Part shown: positions 1-11,520 of the stretch, piece by piece
How positions within the stretch are numbered: position 1 is the first letter of the stretch
Layout of the letters: every line of letters starts with the position of its first letter
Assembly: GCA_951804945.1 (NCBI GenBank)
Contig: OX638151.1
Coordinates: 34,534,001 to 34,598,000 of the forward strand
Direction of reading: 5' to 3'
DNA: 64,000 bases
Origin: Podarcis cretensis
Taxonomy: Eukaryota
Notes under the pieces: model-generated
The model's input: only the letters and a program-made list of their open reading frames with translations
Told to the model about the DNA's origin: nothing
Database searches by the model: none
Position numbers and translations under genes: made by a program

Positions 1-698
1 TCATTAATAGGAGACCAACTTGCCCACAGTAACTGGGAAAGGCAGGCACTAATGCCCAGTTCTGTTTTTGATCCATTCATCAAATGCCAACACAAGCACA
101 AGCTCAGCACCAATCAGGAGCAGTTGTGTGGCAGGGCAGAGCTGACCTCCTAACATTAGCAATGCTGCAGCTTACCTGGGTGGGACAGGGTGACAGCGAG
201 GTTGTGATTACACAGGTGCACCAGCAGTGTCAATCCAGGGTTTGGGGGTTTTTTGGTGGTGGATCCATGCCTGCCTACCTCACTCTATCCCCACCCAAGT
301 AAACGGCAGCCATTCTGATGTTGGGAAGGTGGCCCCACCACACAGGCCACTGCTGACCTCAGTTTATAGCTATGGTTAGTCTCTGAAGTCAGTATGACTT
401 AGGAAACCCACTCCTCCTTTCCTTGGGAGAGGTAATTATCAGTCCATCTGTTTTCCTGTGTCTTTCCGGGACACCCTTCCCTAACTCTCGCCTGTCTCTC
501 CCTCATGGGCAGAGGGTCCATAAACAGCCTCTCACCCTGGGACAGAAACCAGTCTCCTCTTTCACTGAAGCTGACAAAGCAGCAGACCAAACACTTAGAA
601 GCCCATATTATAATAGCCATGGCTTGAATAAAAATAAAAGATGGGGTTGAAATCCTACAAACGTGGCATGCAACACTCACCTGCTTCTGTCTCCCACC

Positions 699-789
699 CA
701 TACCTGTCAACATTTCCCTTTTTTTAAAGGGAAATTCCCTTATTCCAAATAGGATTCCTCGCAAGAAAAGGGAAAAGTTGACAGCTATG
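699..789. mobile_element. 91-bp hAT-type MITE
   Basis: TIRs CATACCTGTCAAC / GTTGACAGCTATG; perfect 8-bp TSD CTCCCACC at 691-698 and 790-797. Confidence 0.88.
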
Positions 790-798
790 CTCCCACCC

Positions 799-1137
799 AA
801 TAATAATAAAAATAATAATAATAATTTATTATTTATACCCCGCCCATCTGGCTGAGTTTCCCCAACCACTCTGGGCGGCTTCCAATCAAGTATTAAAAAC
901 AAAACAGCATTAAATATTAAAAACTTCCCTAAACAGGGCTGCCTTCAGATGTCTTTTAAAGATAAGATAGCTACTTATTTCCTTCACATCTGGAGGGAGG
1001 GCGTTGCACAGGGCGGGTGCCACTACCAAGAAGGCCCTCTGTCTGGTTCCCTGTAACTTCACTTGCAATGAAGGAACCACCAGAAGGCCCTCGGCGCTGG
1101 ATCTCAGTGTCCGGGCTGAACGATGGGGGTGGAGACT
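799..1137 (-). mobile_element. L2-clade LINE 3' fragment
   Basis: Minus-strand ORF ends ...TRQRAFLVVAPALCNALPPDVKEISSYLIFKRHLKAALFREVF*, a typical L2 ORF2 C-terminus, followed by a 3' UTR and an AT-rich simple-repeat tail. Confidence 0.85.
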
Positions 1138-2604
1138 AAGCAGGGAAGATCCACAACCGCAGGCTAGCACCCTGGAGAATGAAACTTCTATGGTTCCTCT
1201 GCTAGTGTCCCCACCAGCAGTACGGAGAACAATTTCATACTGCTACATAACAGCCTAGCTTAAAACAACAACGAGTCAACAAAATAAAAGCAAAAAATGA
1301 CAACCCCAAAGGGCCAGTTCTTATTGGTGGTGTCCCTTCTCCATTTCCCCATCAAGGTGAGCTGCATGTTTTACACCTCAATAGACTTAGTTCTAGAAAG
1401 AGTCACTGCTACTGAGAACTTCCTTGCTAGCTTACCAATGAGCTGGTTTTTGCTGGAGGTGTTTCTTCTTTAAGCGAACAAGGTTACTGGGAGCTGGGAG
1501 GGCAGGTGAGCTAGACAACAAACTACCTCTCTCCCATCCTTCTCCTCCTTTTAGCCCACCAGTAAGTAACTAAGCATCAGGTTTCCTATCCTCCCTCAAG
1601 TCCTGCAAGCCTGCTTTGGAAGGCTCCCCAAGTCTCTGGAGAATATTTAGGGGGGTGGGTGGGCTGCTGGAGCAGGGAGCACAAATGACTAAAAAATGTT
1701 TCTTTTTCCTCTTCTGCTGACAGATTCCTTCTGCCTATGGATGGACAGAATTGGATACCACCCCTTGTAATTGGAAAATAACCTGATTATAAAATGTTAT
1801 ACTTTGGGGCATTTTTTTCTTTCCTGAGCCAAAAGGGTTTGTCTGAACTAGGTAACGGGAAAAGTTTTTGTTCTGGAGCCATAAAAAAATAAAAATGAAA
1901 CCCAAGTTGGAAAGACATAACTAAGATCTTAAATGGCATGGTGTATATGATAGTGAGATGTTCTATTAAATTGATTTCTTTTACCGCTTTTTTCTGGGTT
2001 TTAAAAAATGGAATAGACTCCCCTGCCAACTCCCCCACCGATGAATATTACAATTTAATGGGCAAGTTGTTGATGGATGATAGGAATAATATCATCGGAA
2101 AACAGAGCAGTGACTCTCTTCCATCAGTCGATGCATGACTGTCAAAAACAGTGGACTTTAATGGAGAGGAATAAAATTTCATATTTTGAATCAATGAGGG
2201 CTTCGTTCCACCACCTAAATGTTATGACATCAGTGGAAACAATTCATAATACTGCAGAATAAATAGATGTTTGAATAGTACATGTGATCCACTGCCTGTA
2301 ATGTGAGTGGTAATGTGGCATTCAACTCACATTTTGTACTAGTGGAAGGATTAAAGCTAGTGCAAGAAGGTTTTCTCTACTCCTCTTTCCCCTACATGTG
2401 CCCTGCACAGCCCTCCAAATTGCTCTGGAGGGTTATGGGGAAACCTAGAACAGATTTAGCGAATGTGCAAGGGAAGCAGAAGAGAACATTCACTCACGCA
2501 AGACGAAATCTTTGTGCTGTTAGAACGTTCACCTTACTGCTACATTGAATACAACCCGAGGTGTCACTCAGGAGGGTGGGAATAACTCTGAACACTTAGC
2601 CATA

Positions 2605-2846
2605 CAGTGGTACTTCAGGTTAAGTACTTAATTCGTTCCAGAGGTCCATACTTAACCTGAAACTGAGCTTAACCTGAAGCACCACTTTAGCTAATGGGGC
2701 CTCCTGCTGCCACTGCACCGCCACTGTACAATTTCTGTTCTCATCCTGAAGCAAAGTTCTTAACCTGAAGCACTATTTCTGGGTTAGCGGAGTCTGTAAC
2801 CTGAAGCGTCTGTAACCTGAAGCGTACGTAACCCGAGGTACCACTG
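2605..2846 (-). mobile_element. Tc1/mariner (Tigger-like) MITE, family A
   Basis: TIRs CAGTGGTACTTC / GAGGTACCACTG, preceded by TA. Reverse complement of the copies at 15266 and 22846. Confidence 0.88.
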
Positions 2847-2891
2847 CACTGTTGAGTTCTAGCTCCATAGATGGCTGAGTGTGTGTAGTGT

Positions 2892-3144
2892 GAGAGCCAG
2901 TGTGGTGTAGTGGTTAAGAGGAGTCTCATAATCTGGGGAATGGGGTTCGCGTCTCCACTTCTCCACTTGCAGCTGCTGGGTGACCTTGGGCCAGTCACAC
3001 TTCTCTGAAGTCTCTCAGCCCCACTCACCTCACAGAGTGTTTGTTGTGGGGGAGGAAGGGAAAGGAGAATGTTAGCTGCTTTGAGACTCCTTCGGGTAGT
3101 GATAAAGCGGGATATCAAATCCAAACTCTTCTTCTTCTTCTTCT
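2892..3144 (+). mobile_element. tRNA-derived CORE-SINE (Squam3-like)
   Basis: tRNA-like head with A box (TGGTGTAGTGG) and B-box-like GGTTCG, CORE-like GCTGGGTGACCTTGGGCCAGTCAC, (CTT)n tail; near-identical copies at 32226 and 41869. Confidence 0.88.
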
Positions 3145-3966
3145 GAGTGCCAGCTCCAGCTTCTCTTTCAAGTTGGCTTTGCCAAACTTTGCTTCTCTTG
3201 GCAGATGTTTCCTACTTCTCTTTGGCCCTTAAGATCCTTACCAGTCCTCACTGCCACTCAGCTGTCCTTCTTGGCAGTAGCTGGGCCAGCTGTTACTTAC
3301 CCCCAACAGGGATGCTTGAGGAATTCATTATTTGTGATTTCTGATGTGAACTGACCTGATTCTCACCTCCTGAATGAAAGTGCAGATCTGAACATAATTA
3401 TTAGGAGTATGAGCCAACCACAAAATTTAGTTAACACCCCATTCCAGCACTTTGGAAAATTATCCACCTTATTCTGAGGTTCTAGTTCAGCTCAGGGCCT
3501 GTTCAATTTTGTTTTATTCCCTCCCCTTCACTATTGTGATTTTTTAATATAAATGCTATAACTTTTTTCTATTTGGCAGACGTGGATGATATTTGCAACT
3601 GTAGTGGATAAAGCTTGCCAAATTTCAGACAAATATGTCTTAGGGTTTTGTGCTGGACACCTTTAAAGTTTGTTTTTTGAAAGGAAATGTCTATAACTTT
3701 TTTTACTTTGGGGCAGAATAGGATAAAATTTGCTGGCAAATTTCAGAAAGATAGCTGCAGGGCAGCCATTAAAGTGTTGATGTGAGTGAAATAGAAATAA
3801 CTTAATCTCCTCACATGTTTTTGTGTGCAGTTGGTCTGAAACTTGCAGATAAGAGACACGTGACCCTGAAAGAGAAGGGTGCCTTCTCCCAGGTGGAAGG
3901 CTGCAGAAAGTTGTCTAATCATAGTCAACAACAAAGGTTTCTCAGAGGGCAGTCATCTGTTTGAAA

Positions 3967-4573
3967 CATAGCTGTCAACTTACAGATTTGAAAATAAGCG
4001 ACCAGCAGCCTTGAAAATAAGGGAACAGCAGCCAAAATAAGGGACCTGCAGCCTCACCTGTTCCAGGCACTCCAGTCTTCCTGTCTTCCTGCAGTCTGGT
4101 CAAACTCATGCTGGGTAGTTTCGAGAACACTGTCCAACCAACTTTGTAACCAGAGGTTCAACTGAATAGAATCTGAATCACATGCACCACAAGGCCTATG
4201 CAGCCTCAACTTAAGATGGCTCCCCGGCCTGGCTTTGCACTGCAAAGTTTGCAGCAGCACGTGCAACAAAATGGCATCCAACATTCAAAAACCCCCTCAG
4301 CTTGCATTAACTAGCCACACACAAGGCATGCAAGCTCTACCCCCCAGTTGTTCTTAGACTTCTTATTGGGTGAGCAACACAGCCAAGCAACACAGTTGGA
4401 GCCTCCCTCCTCCCTGGCTGGCAGGGAGGGAGGGAGAGGAGCTGCTTCCTTTGAAATTTAAGGGACATCATTTAAGGGACATTTAAGGGACATCCATCAA
4501 TAAGGGACAGCAGTGGGACATGGCGCTGGAATAAGGGACTGTCCCTTCAAATAAGGGACACTTGACAGCTATG
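3967..4573. mobile_element. 607-bp non-autonomous hAT element with an internal Bov-B fragment
   Basis: TIRs CATAGCTGTCAA / TTGACAGCTATG; perfect 8-bp TSD GTTTGAAA (3959-3966, 4574-4581); repeated subterminal TAAGGGAC motifs. Confidence 0.9.
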
Positions 4574-5504
4574 GTTTGAAATGGGGCTCTATTTGAAGGT
4601 CAAGCAGGGTTTAAAGTTAAGGAACCCCAAGAAGGGAGATCCGGGGCCTTGGAAATTGCCCATTATCAGTGAGCACCTAGGAAACAGACTGAGCAGTTCC
4701 ACAGATCACCTGGTCACTGTCTTCTTCACTATGGTATTTCTACTTGAACTAGAGCAGTAATTTATCAAATTGCGTCTTTGCATGTAAAGTAGCTTACACA
4801 AATTTTATGCAGATCTGTGTTCTCGTTCTTCTTCTTTCTGGGGGTGATGCATAAGTAGCCACCCTAATTACCTTGTCCTTCCTCTCAGTTTTCAGATGGT
4901 GCCTCTCCTGTAGCCCATGATGGCAAAACTTTTCAGAAGGAAAAAGGCAGGCAGCCTGCAGTTTCACAACAATGACAATTACAGCGACGATGTGTTGGTT
5001 TATATACTGTACAGCTAAATGCATGAACCAGCTTCTAAGTGATTTAGATGTTGGCAGCTATATTATGTAGACATCCTGGAATCTCATATTCCAATGTGAG
5101 CTATGCAACACCCTTCCACATACTACATAGGACAAACAAGCCAGTGTCCACAAAAGCTTATGGCATAGTAACTTTGATAGTCTTCTTAAAGCAGCAGCCT
5201 GGAACAAAGGGACTTGAAATGGAAATTGCAACATGACACCTCCATTGCAATTCACCTAGAGATTCAGTGCTATCACTTGTGGATTGCATTGGGACATTTT
5301 TTTAAATAAAAAAAATCACATTACATGTGTTAATTGGCTCACTAATGCCAGGATGTCTGTGCTATCAACAACTGTTTTTGTCATCAGCTACTATTAATAA
5401 TGCAATTACCACCACCTGTACTTCTGGCATTTCATTTACTTCTGATCACACTTTCTATTACATACCTGTAACTATATCAGTAACAATAGATAGAAAGACA
5501 GGTA

Positions 5505-5605
5505 CACCTGTAGCTTATGCCACAATAAATTTGTTCAACTTTAAGGTGCCGTAAGAGTCTCGGTTGTTCTTGCTTCAACAGGCTAACACAGCTACATCTC
5601 TGGAA
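5505..5605 (+). mobile_element. Degenerate Penelope-like terminal fragment
   Basis: AGCTTATGCCACAATAAATTTGTT...TTTAAGGTGCC...CAGGCTAACACAGCTAC resembles the end of the element at 41049-41264. Confidence 0.55.
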
Positions 5606-6350
5606 ACTACATTATGTAAGATACTCTTTACAAGTATGTCTTTATGCATACACTTAAATGAATTGCATTACAGAACAAAAGCCACCTTTACGCTTGCCAC
5701 CCCAACGGTGAACATTAGCATGAGAATCAGGTCTTAACGTTTGCTCCTGTCATATACTCTGGTAATACCTGTACACTTGCATGCTGCTAAAAGGATCTTC
5801 GAATCAAATTGAAGGGAATTTGGAGATTGCTCAACCTCCTTAAAGTCTATTTCATTGCATTGCATTGCAATCTCCTCTATGAATCAGAGGCAATGTGGAA
5901 AAGACTTCAAAACAAACAAAGCGTCCTGTCAATCTTCTCCCCTTTCATTTCAAGCCTCCCCTTTGAAGGGATCTCTTGGTATTACTGGGAAAGACAGCTT
6001 GGGCAGAATTGGGGGGAGGGAAAGAAACCCAAAGCAATGATAGACCTTTTATCTTCTCTGCAAACTCCCAAATGCAAATCACTTTAATTACCTCTTTGAA
6101 CACTTTTTTTCCTGACCACTGCGAAGCTGTAAGCCATTTCCCCTTCGTACCTTTAGTTTGCTTGGATGTAGTTTGGTAAATGACTTTTTAAAAGACAGTG
6201 CACTTGCTGGGCATCAGAAGTGGAGAAGGTTATGCTTCTATTGGGTGGCAAGGGAGGGAATTCCTAGGATATGTGTTATTGGCAGCGGTGGGCAGGGAGT
6301 GGGGGTGGAGGACACAAAAGCAACCCTTCTTAAATCACACACAGCAAACT

Positions 6351-6787
6351 TTGTTGCTTAGTCATTTAGTCGTGTCTGACTCTTCGTGACCCCATGGACC
6401 AGAGCATGCCAGGCACTCCTGTCTTCCACTGCCTCCCGCAGTTTAGTCAAACTCATGCTGGTAGCTTCGAGAACACTGTCCAACCATCTCGTCCTCTGTC
6501 GTCCCCTTCTCCTTGTGCCCTCAATCTTTCCCAACATCAGAGTCTTTTCCAGGGAGTCTTCTCTTCTCATGAGGTGGCCAAAGTATTGGAGCCTCAGCTT
6601 CACGATCTGTCCTTCCAGTGAGCACTCAGGGCTGATTTCCTTAAGAATGGATAGGTTTGATCTTCTTGCAGTCCATGGGACTCTCAAGAGTCTCCTCCAG
6701 CACCATAATTCAAAAGCATCAATTCTTTGGCGATCAGCCTTCTTTATGGTCCAGCTCTCACTTCCATACATCACTACTGGGAAAACC
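6351..6787 (-). mobile_element. Bov-B (RTE clade) LINE, 5'-truncated 3' end
   Basis: ORF 6358-6774: YGSESWTIKKADRQRIDAFELWCWRRLLRVPWTARRSN...YFGHLMRREDSLEKTLMLGKIEGTRRRGRQRTRWLD..., the characteristic Bov-B C-terminus, with a short (CAA)-type tail. Confidence 0.95.
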
Positions 6788-6853
6788 TTGTGGCACCTTA
6801 AGGACTAACAAAGTTACTATGGTTTGTGAGCTGCAGTCCAGCTCCTCAGGTGT
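6788..6853 (-). mobile_element. Degenerate Penelope-like fragment abutting the Bov-B
   Basis: TTGTGGCACCTTAAGGACTAACAAAG... similar to the left arm of the element at 41049; decayed CTGAGGA core on the minus strand. Confidence 0.5.
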
Positions 6854-7109
6854 ATTGTTTTTCATCGTTCAAATATCACAAGAAAGCAAAACAAACAAAC
6901 AAATCCATTGGCATAGGTTTTGAGGGGATGCTGAATAATGAGATTTGTAGCTAACGTGCCTAGGCTATAAATCAAACAGTGGCTGGAGAGGAGTGAGGCC
7001 GAACTGTGTGCAGGGACTACTGCTCACCCTGGCAGGGCAGCAGGGGAGGTACAGCAGCTGGGCCAGATGCTGTCATGTGACGGCAGAGGGGCCAGCTCAG
7101 GATGTAGCA

Positions 7110-7430
7110 CAGGGGTCAGCAAACTTTTTCAGCTGTGGGCTGGTCCACTGTCCCTCAGACCTTGTGGGGGGGCTGGACTATATTTTGAAAAAATAATGAA
7201 CGAATTCCCATGCCTCACAAATAACCCAGAGATGCATTTTAAATAAAAGCACACATTCTACTCATGTAAAAACACCAGGCAGGCCCCACAACTAACCCAG
7301 GGGTGCATTTTAAATAAAAGGACACATTCTACTCATGTAAAAACACACGGATTCCCGGACCGTCTGCAGGCCGGAGTAAGAAGGCGATTGAGCCGCATCC
7401 GGCCCCTGGGCCTTGGTTTGCCTATCCATG
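7110..7430 (+). mobile_element. hAT (Charlie-like) non-autonomous element
   Basis: Ends CAGGGGTCAGCAAAC / GTTTGCCTATCCATG; TSD ATGTAGCA/ATCTAGCA (1 mismatch); related copy at 52377-52603. Confidence 0.85.
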
Positions 7431-7728
7431 ATCTAGCAGATCCTAGGTCAGCTCAGCCCCTACCTCTCCCTGGGCTCTCTTTTTGTGGGCTGCAGCGGGC
7501 AGGCATCCTGTCAGCAGTATTTCTGCCCACACATTTGGCAGGCAGAATGGGGAACTCATCAGAGTGGCGCTGACATCACTCTGTGGGCAGAGGAAGGCAG
7601 AGGCCTGCAGGGCTCCCTCTGCCCAACCAAACCCCCCAGCCTGGTGCAAAAGTGCTTGGGATGGCAGCCCTATTTACGACAACAGCCAGCACAAGCTCTA
7701 TTACTAGCAATAACATCTGTCGCATGTC

Positions 7729-7769
<41 letters not shown>
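7729..7769 (+). repeat. (ATT)n microsatellite
   Basis: Seen directly. Confidence 0.97.
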
Positions 7770-7773
<4 letters not shown>

Positions 7774-9093
7774 AACAGCTACTAATTTTGTATTACTTTT
7801 CAAAACAAAACAAATAAACTAACACAACCATAAAGATATAGTCAACAATATTTGCTCTTATAACAAACACGTTTATTAAATAGAATTAAAAACAACCAAC
7901 TTGATAATTCAAGCAACAGGAGAACAGAAACTATTGTTTTCTTATCTCATTTTCAAGTTTCCACTTCTCAGTTTTCACGGAGTTCCTCTGTAATTTTATG
8001 GGGCCACCACAGTTTGGGGGAATGATAGCATACATCCCTCCTCACACCAGATTGAGGGACACATGTTTTTACTTTTTTCCTTCCTCCCTTTCCCAAACAC
8101 CACCCTCACTCCCAGCTAAGTAAATTAGCACATTTAATACTTTTCCCTGCTACCAATGATTTGATTTTTATAAGAGATTATCACTTGAGATTGGGGTTCC
8201 CCCCCCTTTCAAATCCTAATTTAGTTCTTTCTCTTTTGCTAATTGGGAATTTGAATGGCCAGGAGAACGCCAGAATTACCCCCAGGAGAAAATTCCTCCA
8301 TTGCAAATTAACAAAACATCTATTTTAAAAAGTCTTGTTTTACGACATGCTCCGCTGGTACTGCAGCATTCTGCCTATGTGGGCATATTTTCTAACACAT
8401 TATGCAAAAACAAGTCAGGGAAGATGCTGAGGATTGTAATTTTCTAATTTAATTCTGCCATTTCCAGTAATGGAAAGCCATACTCTGGCCATTTATCTTC
8501 ATAAGTGACAGATGCATTTCATTAAGACTTCCTTAAATAATTTCTCATGGCATTTGAGGAAGGGTGGGGGAGAGCGCGGACATATCTGTTTCGCAAGCAC
8601 ACCCACATCAGTGTTTTGAAAGCTGTTAAGCCCACAAATGATCTACAGCAGTGCATTAAAAAGGTCAAATAAAAAGACATTTGTCTGGTATTTTTGAAAT
8701 GTTGATGCCTGTTGAACAAGTCATGAAACAATATGACATTGTCTATGACTGGGTAATAATATACCAATAATGCTTGTATAATGCCTTTTCACTGCGAGGG
8801 ATCCACAAGTGCTTTGCATTAGAGCCAAATGAAGAAAAATGCTTAGGCCATCACTCAAATTGATCTGCTCCCTTAGTAGAATATGGAAGGATCAGCCAAA
8901 AACTGACCCAGAGTGGCAAATGAAAAACACCATATCCATACCCTCCAGGATTTAACTCCATTGATTATACTTGTTTTTCAGGTCAATTGGCAATGCGCAA
9001 GCAAATCCATGGACCAGGGGGTCTGATGCAGTAGGCATATTCTGCTAAACAATTTTGAAATTGTTCACTTTGAAGTATACTTTTTGGTAGGTA

Positions 9094-9353
9094 CAGTCAT
9101 ACCTTGGGTTAAATGTGCTTCAGGTTGAGTGTTTTCAGGTTATGCTCTGCGGTGACCCAGAAGTAACAGAGCATGTTACTTCCAGGTTTCGCCGCTCGTG
9201 CATGCACAAACGCTCAAAATGACGTCACGCGCATGCCTGGAAGCGGTGAATCGCGACTTGTGCATGCACACACGTGCAGACATGGGTTGTGTTCGCTTCA
9301 GGATGTGAACGGGGCTCCGGAACGGATCCCATTCGCATCCAGAGGTACCACTG
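9094..9353 (+). mobile_element. Tc1/mariner (Tigger-like) MITE, family B
   Basis: TA|CAGTCATACCT ... GAGGTACCACTG|TA; right end shared with family A; related copy at 54459. Confidence 0.8.
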
Positions 9354-9910
9354 TACTAGTAGCATGCCTCAACTTTTTTTTTTTTTTTTTTTACATAAAA
9401 TGGCTATAAAATAGCTACAAGGTGGGTATCCAGTAATAAAACCCAATAAGTGCAATGCTAAGAACACCAGGTAAAAGAGAAAAACACATCTGTAAAAAGA
9501 TAAACATTTAAAAAGGGAAGATAAAACACCAGAAGATTATATGTACTGTTAATAACATAGAGAAAAAGAGGATTTGTTTCACCTGGTGCTTAAAGGATAA
9601 GAGAATTGGCAACAGGCATGCACATCTGGGGAGAGATCCATAATTTGGGTGCCAACACAGAAAAGGCCTTTTTCTCCACAAAGGCATTATCATCAATGTC
9701 TCACTCCAAAAAAAAATCAAACATTTTCAGATTTTCAGGAGGAAATGAATAAGTAGCCAAATTTGTTTTATTAAGTTCCACTGCTTATTTTGGGGGTCAT
9801 GAAAAAGTATAGCTGGCAAATTAGCACCAGCATTCATTACAGATTAAGTATTGCTCCAGCAGTAGTCAGAAAGGATGATTACCAGCTTGACCTGCTCTCC
9901 CTGGAGAATA

Positions 9911-10276
9911 AAAGGTAAAGGTAAAGGTACCCCTGCCCGTACGGGCCAGTCTTGACAGACTCTGGGGTTGTGCGCCCATCTCACTTAAGAGGCCAGGGGC
10001 CAGCGCTGTCCGGAGACACTTCCGGGTCACGTGGCCAGCGTGACATCGCTGCTCTGGCGAGCCAGAGCCGCACACGGAAACGCCGTTTACCTTCCCGCTG
10101 GTAAGCGGTCCCTATTTATCTACTTGCACCCGGAGGTGCTTTCGAACTGCTAGGTTGGCAGGCGCTGGGACCGAGCAGCGGGAGCGCACCCCGCCGCAGG
10201 GATTCGAACCGCCGACCTTTCGATCGGCAAGCCCTAGGCGCTGAGGCTTTAACCCACAGCGCCACCTGCGTCCCGA
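9911..10276 (-). mobile_element. Sauria SINE (Squam1), full length
   Basis: (ACCTTT)n tail (AAAGGT repeats on +), tRNA-like head with B box GGTTCGAATCC on the minus strand, 13-bp TSD TCCCTGGAGAATA (9898-9910, 10277-10289). Confidence 0.93.
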
Positions 10277-10474
10277 TCCCTGGAGAATATCATCCCCCAA
10301 TTAAGTGGTAAAACTCTAGTTCTAAGTTGTGGCCTCCAGTGAATCTAATAGGTCTATCACATCTAGGAATGGTATAATTGCAAAGTCAGATGGTAAGAAG
10401 ATTCAGGGACTGGAATTATCTGTACTTATTTGTAGAGACAGACAATTCCAAGAATAAATGATGAGAGATGCACA

Positions 10475-10612
10475 GTCCCCAAGCCAACCTGGTACCCTCC
10501 ATATACTTTGGACTGTGATTCCCATCAGCTCCAGCTGCCATAGGCAGTGATCGGGGATGATGGGAGTTGTGGTCCAAAGATCTGGAAGATACTAGGTTGG
10601 GAAAAGGTGCCC
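10475..10612. mobile_element. Degenerate palindromic hAT MITE (family of 55666)
   Basis: TTTGGACTGTGATTCCCATCA...GATGATGGGAGTTGTGGTCCAAA fold-back. Confidence 0.65.
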
Positions 10613-11129
10613 TGTGTCTTTTCTAACCACCTGTGATGGTCTTTATGCAGGAAACAGTTCCCCAGTAGTTCTTCCGAAGATGGTCCATGAACAAAGTTCC
10701 CACTAGCACTTCGCCTCTCCCAACTCATGGGCAGCTGCTCCAAAAAAGGAGATGATGATCAATGGTATCAAGAGCTTCTAAGATGTCAAAGAGTATTGAC
10801 AACGACTCACTCCCCCACCTATTTTCTGACACAGGTAATCCATAATACAAGGCAACTGAGGTAATCTCAGTGCCAAAACTGGGCTGAACTACCCTGTTGA
10901 AATGGACTCAGAAAATCAGTCTTATCTAAGAATACCTAGAGCTGGTCAGTGACCACCCACTGGAGAACCTTGTCCAGGAAGTGGACACAAGTGACAGGTC
11001 TGTAGTTGTTCTGATCTTATGGTCGTCCCAGGGAGGCTTTCTTAAGGAGTCATCTTTCAGGCAGCCCAGGACCACATCTTCTCTCAATGAGGCATAAATC
11101 ACCTCCTTGGCCCAATTAGCCATCTCCTT

Positions 11130-11520
11130 CATGTTCAATTTTGCCAGTCATCTTCTGGAGCAGTGGTTCTTACAGGGTATTGTTCAGGATTCTGTGTTGT
11201 TCAATCTTATCTACATTTAATATCTACATGAAACCACCGAGGGGAACTATCCAGATACTTGGAATGAATTCCCATAAATGTATTGATGACATACAGCTCA
11301 GCATCTCAGGCAGGTTTGGTAGGGAAATGTGCTGAACCAGAGCCTAGTTTCAGTAATGAACAGGATGAGAGCTAAGAAACTGAAGCTCAACCCAGGTAAG
11401 GCTGAAGCACAGTTAGTGGTGGCCTCACACTTGTGGAATGTTCTCCTCCAGGAGGTTTGCCTGGTACCAACATTATTGGCTTTAAGGCAGTTGTTTTCTC
11501 AGCTATTCAGATCCTGATGT
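11130..11520 (+). mobile_element. Decayed L2 reverse-transcriptase remnant
   Basis: FNIYMKP...HKCIDDIQL (degenerate HQYADDTQL) and MRAKKLKLNPGKAE (cf. LKLNPxKTE) in adjacent frames. Confidence 0.72.

Noticed and set aside
2892-2965. tRNA-like sequences with A/B boxes (also near 10200, 42070, 61790)
   Set aside because: SINE heads embedded in longer repeats; no complete cloverleaf.
2741-3124. Recurring peptide MDLISRFITTRR... (also at 32024 and 41895), suggesting a gene family
   Set aside because: These are antisense translations of the same SINE family, not genes.
4440-4565. Short interspaced direct repeats superficially like a CRISPR array
   Set aside because: Eukaryotic DNA; 8-10 bp motifs at irregular spacing inside a TIR/TSD-bounded element; no cas genes.
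6386-6808. 140-aa plus-strand ORF
   Set aside because: Antisense shadow of the Bov-B ORF.
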